IMG/VR virus record: IMGVR_UViG_3300050343_000268
Coordinates: 13,057 to 77,056 of that record
DNA: 64,000 nt
Strand: one strand, 5' to 3'
Source of the DNA: a virus
This document shows, piece after piece, positions 60,444 through 64,000 of the stretch. Every line of letters begins with the position of its first letter. The first letter of the stretch is position 1. The notes under the pieces were generated by a model. It worked only from the letters and a program-made list of their open reading frames with translations, made no database searches and was not told the DNA's origin. The position numbers and the translations under genes are program-made.

Positions 60444-61163
60444 TTATCCGTAAGTTGAAGCAGAGAAGGAAAGGTTTGATGCTGCAAGGTTATTTAGCAA
60501 ATTAGCTTTTTGGTTAGATCTTGCTTCCACTTTGGCTTTATTAGTAGCGAGGGTTGTGGGATCTTCTTCGATGTAAGCTTTCGTAAGGTTAGTTGCATAA
60601 TTATCTTTGAAAGACTGAGCTGCATTTTCACTCCGGCTAAAAAGTCGATCGCCTGTATTATCAAGACTATTATTAAAATTTTCCACATTATTACTTGCGG
60701 AACTCAGCTCTTCGGATAGCTCAACGGGTCTGTTGTCTACAGGGTCAGGATCAGGAAGAGATTCATAAGAGGATGCTAGTTCAGCAAATCTCCTGTCCAT
60801 TTCTTTTCTATTATTAGCGTCTTCAATAAACTGATACATTTGAGCAATATCAGTCTTGCTATTGATGTTGCTGATATTGGCGGCTTCAGCTACTTTCCGC
60901 CAAGCTTCGTTATCTTTATATGATTGGGGGTCAAAGGTTTCTTTAGTGCCGGTCTTGCGCTTTGCACGACCATCACCCGCTCCTCGGTACTCCCAGACAT
61001 CGCTAGTTTTAGTGTTATAGCCGTCATAGACTTGAGCCAGCATATGGTCATGCTGCTTTTTAGTCATATTGTGCGGATCAAATCCTTCCATAAAGTCAGG
61101 GGTATTGTCTATACCGAAATTGCGTAGATCTCGGTAATCCATATCCCATGCAGATTTGCCCAT
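60444..61163 (-). CDS. Hypothetical protein (possible internal virion protein)
   Basis: 239 aa; upstream TACAAT box. Confidence 0.55.
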   Translation of the reverse strand: MGKSAWDMDYRDLRNFGIDNTPDFMEGFDPHNMTKKQHDHMLAQVYDGYNTKTSDVWEYRGAGDGRAKRKTGTKETFDPQSYKDNEAWRKVAEAANISNINSKTDIAQMYQFIEDANNRKEMDRRFAELASSYESLPDPDPVDNRPVELSEELSSASNNVENFNNSLDNTGDRLFSRSENAAQSFKDNYATNLTKAYIEEDPTTLATNKAKVEARSNQKANLLNNLAASNLSFSASTYG

Positions 61164-61210
61164 TAGCTTATTCCAAGATATTGATAACTCAATCCATTGT
61201 AACTATTAGA

Positions 61211-61918
61211 TCATGCATAAAACTTGCGATCATCGCTACGCTTAAGCCTGTCTGCAATAGAAAGCTTGTATTGATTACTGAAGACTTTAGGTTGGTAAAT
61301 ATCTTCATCAAATGAATTTCTAGAATCTTGTGCTGCACGTAGTAAATCTTCTTTGCGTTGTGCTTCTGCTAAAACCTCAGGTGTCTGAGGTTGCCGATAC
61401 CTTTCAAGGTTTAAGTTGTAAGCATCGTTAAAGTCATTTTGTACAGAGTCATCCCTGGCAAACAGGTAATCACCCACTCTGCCTGCACCAAGTAAGTTTT
61501 CTTCAAAAGTCTTTTTATAAGCAAGTGCTTTGCCTAATTCAGGTGAATATTGAATTGCTGGCTCTTCTACTACTTCTACTGCAGGTGCAGCTTCTTCAAT
61601 AACTCTATCCGCTGCTAAATCATCAAAAAGTGCATCCATTGTGTTAATGGAAATGTACCCGTCTTTAAATTTCTTAGCAGCAGCTTCTTGTCCGTGAAGA
61701 TCAGAATACGCTTGTCTTACTTTGTCACTACCTTTTAGTTTTTCGTATTGTTCGTTAGTTAAATAACCTTCACCAAGAAGCTTATTCGATTTAGTCATGT
61801 TACCGTCGGTTGCGCCGGCATCTGCGTTAAAACCGCTGCCAACGTCACTGCCGTCTTGTAAACCAAATTCATTAATTAGTTGGTCTTTAGTAAAAGAGCC
61901 AAGACTATATTTAGACAT
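61211..61918 (-). CDS. Hypothetical protein, weakly paralogous to 60444..61163
   Basis: IQYSPELGKA..GDYLFAR versus VELSEELSSA..GDRLFSR. Confidence 0.55.
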   Translation of the reverse strand: MSKYSLGSFTKDQLINEFGLQDGSDVGSGFNADAGATDGNMTKSNKLLGEGYLTNEQYEKLKGSDKVRQAYSDLHGQEAAAKKFKDGYISINTMDALFDDLAADRVIEEAAPAVEVVEEPAIQYSPELGKALAYKKTFEENLLGAGRVGDYLFARDDSVQNDFNDAYNLNLERYRQPQTPEVLAEAQRKEDLLRAAQDSRNSFDEDIYQPKVFSNQYKLSIADRLKRSDDRKFYA

Positions 61919-61956
61919 TGCAACAAATATAAGTAAGTTACTACTATTCTAATCAA

Positions 61957-62028
61957 CGAGACATACCAGATTCGAACTGGTAATAACTGCGAGACAGGCA
62001 GTCGTGATAACCGTTTCACTAATGTCCC
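61957..62028 (-). tRNA. tRNA-Asp(GTC), no encoded CCA
   Basis: Acceptor GGGACAT/ATGTCTC+G, anticodon arm ACTGC-CTGTCTC-GCAGT, T arm ACCAG-TTCGAAT-CTGGT. Confidence 0.88.
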
Positions 62029-62064
62029 ATAAGGAAAGGCTAGCTGTAAGCCAGCCCTTATGTG

Positions 62065-62283
62065 TTAATTGAGATGACTTTCTAAAGTTTGTAGAATGTC
62101 ACGCATGGTTGCACGAGCATAGCCGCTTGAACCGGCATAGAACTCTGTTGGCTCAGCTTGCGTGTCATACATATCATCCTTAGTAAAGGTACGAGCCTTT
62201 TCACAGAATGTTGCTGAACGATCAAGCTGATCAATGAGCTGCAGTACAAGTGGTCGAGAGATACGGATCATCTCTTGTTCCAT
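62065..62283 (-). CDS. Hypothetical protein
   Basis: 72 aa ORF. Confidence 0.5.
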   Translation of the reverse strand: MEQEMIRISRPLVLQLIDQLDRSATFCEKARTFTKDDMYDTQAEPTEFYAGSSGYARATMRDILQTLESHLN

Positions 62284-62315
62284 GGCTGTTATCTGAGTTG
62301 GACACCTTTCTTATT

Positions 62316-62331
62316 CCCGGTGTTAGCCGGG
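62316..62331. repeat. CCGG-N6-CCGG hairpin, copy 5
   Basis: CCCGGT-GTTA-GCCGGG. Confidence 0.8.
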
Positions 62332-62570
62332 AAAGGTTTTGGCTGTCAATTGTCAATGAATTATTAGTGCCGCTGCAATACAACCAACGGAAAATCCTGA
62401 AAAAAGTGACAGCACTGTAAGTGTATTCACGTGTATATGAAGCGGTTACTTATTCAATTTAGCTCTAATTTTTTCAGCCTTCTTGATAAGCTTTTGACTT
62501 GTCTTGCGGTCAAGACATTGATCCGCTTTAGACATTGTTTTCAGCAGTTTTTTGTGCTGCTTGTTAATAT

Positions 62571-63095
62571 TCATAAGCCATATGCAAAGGTTTGCTCAGG
62601 GTGCTTGTCCCAATACTCGTTGTTTGTATTCAGCTGAATAGCATCAACACCTTGGAGTGCAGCACCTTGAATGTTTGCAGGTGAATCATCAAATAATGTA
62701 CCGACCATGCGGTACTTACTTTGTAGATACTGGATCATTGCCTGCTTGACGACACTAGATGTATCACCTTCAGTACTAAGTAATAGTAAATCGAAGGGAA
62801 TGTTGTGTCGTTGAAGCCATTCAAAGGTTTCTGGTAAACGACTTGATGGTCTTGCAGTTGCAATTGCAATGGCGTCACCAAAGCTGTGCAACATCTGTGT
62901 TACCTCAACCATAGCGTTATTCGCTGGAAAGTCTCTTGAGGCATCAAAGAACAACTCTTTTGTCATGCCGACATTATTGAAGTTGAGAGGCTTACAAGTA
63001 AGTGTGTCATCAACGTCAATTACGTGAACGACTTGGTCCTTAGATGGGTCAGTCATTGCAAGGCCTGTGAACAGGTCGCTTCCAATAGTTTTCAT
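62571..63095 (-). CDS. HAD-family phosphatase (PseT/PNKP phosphatase-like)
   Basis: VIDVDDTL, ATARP, TFEWL, LFDDS. Confidence 0.8.
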   Translation of the reverse strand: MKTIGSDLFTGLAMTDPSKDQVVHVIDVDDTLTCKPLNFNNVGMTKELFFDASRDFPANNAMVEVTQMLHSFGDAIAIATARPSSRLPETFEWLQRHNIPFDLLLLSTEGDTSSVVKQAMIQYLQSKYRMVGTLFDDSPANIQGAALQGVDAIQLNTNNEYWDKHPEQTFAYGL

Positions 63096-63126
63096 ACGTT
63101 TAATTCAAAGTTCATTAAAGCTAAAG

Positions 63127-63142
63127 GCCGGAGTTATCCGGC
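63127..63142. repeat. CCGG-N6-CCGG hairpin, copy 6
   Basis: GCCGGA-GTTA-TCCGGC. Confidence 0.8.
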
Positions 63143-63143
63143 A

Positions 63144-63539
63144 TCAGCGCTTGTTGAAGTGGGCCTTGTGCATTTTCATTCCTTCTTCTTGAGCCTTAAA
63201 GACATCACCAGCCATACGTAGTTTGTCATAGGCACTGTTTAATTCAGATCCAGACATTTGATCGTATGACTTTGTCGCTGGAGCAACAGTTTGATCTGCA
63301 ATAGGTGATGGTGTAGAAGGATCTCGCGTGAATGCAAAAGTCGAATTTAAGCCGCCAGAATTGCCGCCAAAAAGATAGGCGTATTGCTGCGGATCAAGTC
63401 TAATCAAACCACCATATGCGCCTAAATGTACATGACTGTCGTGGCCCTTTACGCCAGGTCCGAGGACTTCATTTGCAGAACCTTTAAGTAAATCACGGAG
63501 ATTCGAGGTGCGTTGTACATAACCAACGCCGTCAAGCTT
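63144..63539 (-). CDS. 3' part of a hypothetical gene, truncated upstream near 63540
   Basis: Frame open from KLDGVGYVQR..GHDSHVHLG into ORF 63144..63407 with no ATG start. Confidence 0.5.
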   Translation of the reverse strand, partial: KLDGVGYVQRTSNLRDLLKGSANEVLGPGVKGHDSHVHLGAYGGLIRLDPQQYAYLFGGNSGGLNSTFAFTRDPSTPSPIADQTVAPATKSYDQMSGSELNSAYDKLRMAGDVFKAQEEGMKMHKAHFNKR

Positions 63540-64000
63540 GCTCGTATCAATGCTTTATCTCCGAGTAAACGAGCTCTTGTTGAGCATAGTTTGCAATATT
63601 CAAATAATGATGCGCTTGATCAGTTATTGCGTCATTACGATGGTGGATCGGATGATCCTGTTATTCGTTTATTGTTAGATCCAGAATTTAAAGACGCAAT
63701 AGTTCACGGTGTTTCTGGTAAGGGATACAGATACCAAGATTCTCAGCCTGGTACAAGAGGCGATGGAAAGGGTAAATATCTTTTAATGGCTGACAAACCT
63801 ACTAATTACGGCCCTGAAGAGCAGGCCGCATTAGAGATTTTGGCATTAAGAAAAGAACTTGACTATGTACAGGGTGGGAGGATCGATCCTATTGACCCTC
63901 AAAGCACTTTATATCAAATGATTGCTCGTCACAATGCCAGCAACATTAGGCCTACTTCACTTATAGCAACAGGTGAAGGAGGTATTGATAAAGATAGGCG
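63534..64000 (+). CDS. Internal fragment of a hypothetical gene running off the window
   Basis: Stop-free frame KLARINALSPSKRALVEHSLQYSNNDALDQLLRHY... to the end. Confidence 0.5.

Noticed and set aside
1-64000. CRISPR array, rRNA, group I intron in psbA, tail sheath or tape-measure gene
   Set aside because: No regularly spaced repeat-spacer array or rRNA-like tract seen; psbA is continuous; no sheath or tape-measure motifs recognised, so morphotype is not assigned

Overview
A 64-kb segment of a marine cyanophage genome (host probably Synechococcus or Prochlorococcus), with no cellular genes. Left part (1-31.4 kb, mostly + strand): terminase, portal, probable scaffold, RpoD-like sigma factor, major capsid, virion proteins, a ~2,650-codon tail fibre with an S74 chaperone, and lysis genes. 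Centre: S/V-type phycobiliprotein lyase, a tRNA-Ser-like attP and a tyrosine integrase. Right part (35-63 kb, mostly - strand): split family-A DNA polymerase, primase-helicase, exonuclease, SSBs, ThyX, class I RNR, MazG-like enzyme, IF-1, hli, psbA, RlpA-like protein, DUF932 and tRNA-Asp. The assembly has many indels (capsid, polymerase, primase, thyX, DUF932), which I treat as errors. Best leads: (i) two lysis-associated genes ending in A_AAA_AAG plus a 3' hairpin and a start-less -1 ORF, i.e. candidate programmed frameshifts giving a C39 peptidase-lysozyme fusion and an extended holin-like protein; (ii) a 3.3-kb cluster of four intact-looking but catalytically dead enzymes (dCMP deaminase, M15 peptidase, adenine methylase, HNH); (iii) two homologous ~107-bp palindromic elements in inverted orientation, one next to the integrase, bracketing the 27-kb replication arm; (iv) three paralogues with curlin-like repeats; (v) a glutamine riboswitch, two NblA-like genes, a CCGG-N6-CCGG hairpin family and a 518-nt dual-coding overlap. 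All family calls come from motifs recognised by eye; no searches were run.
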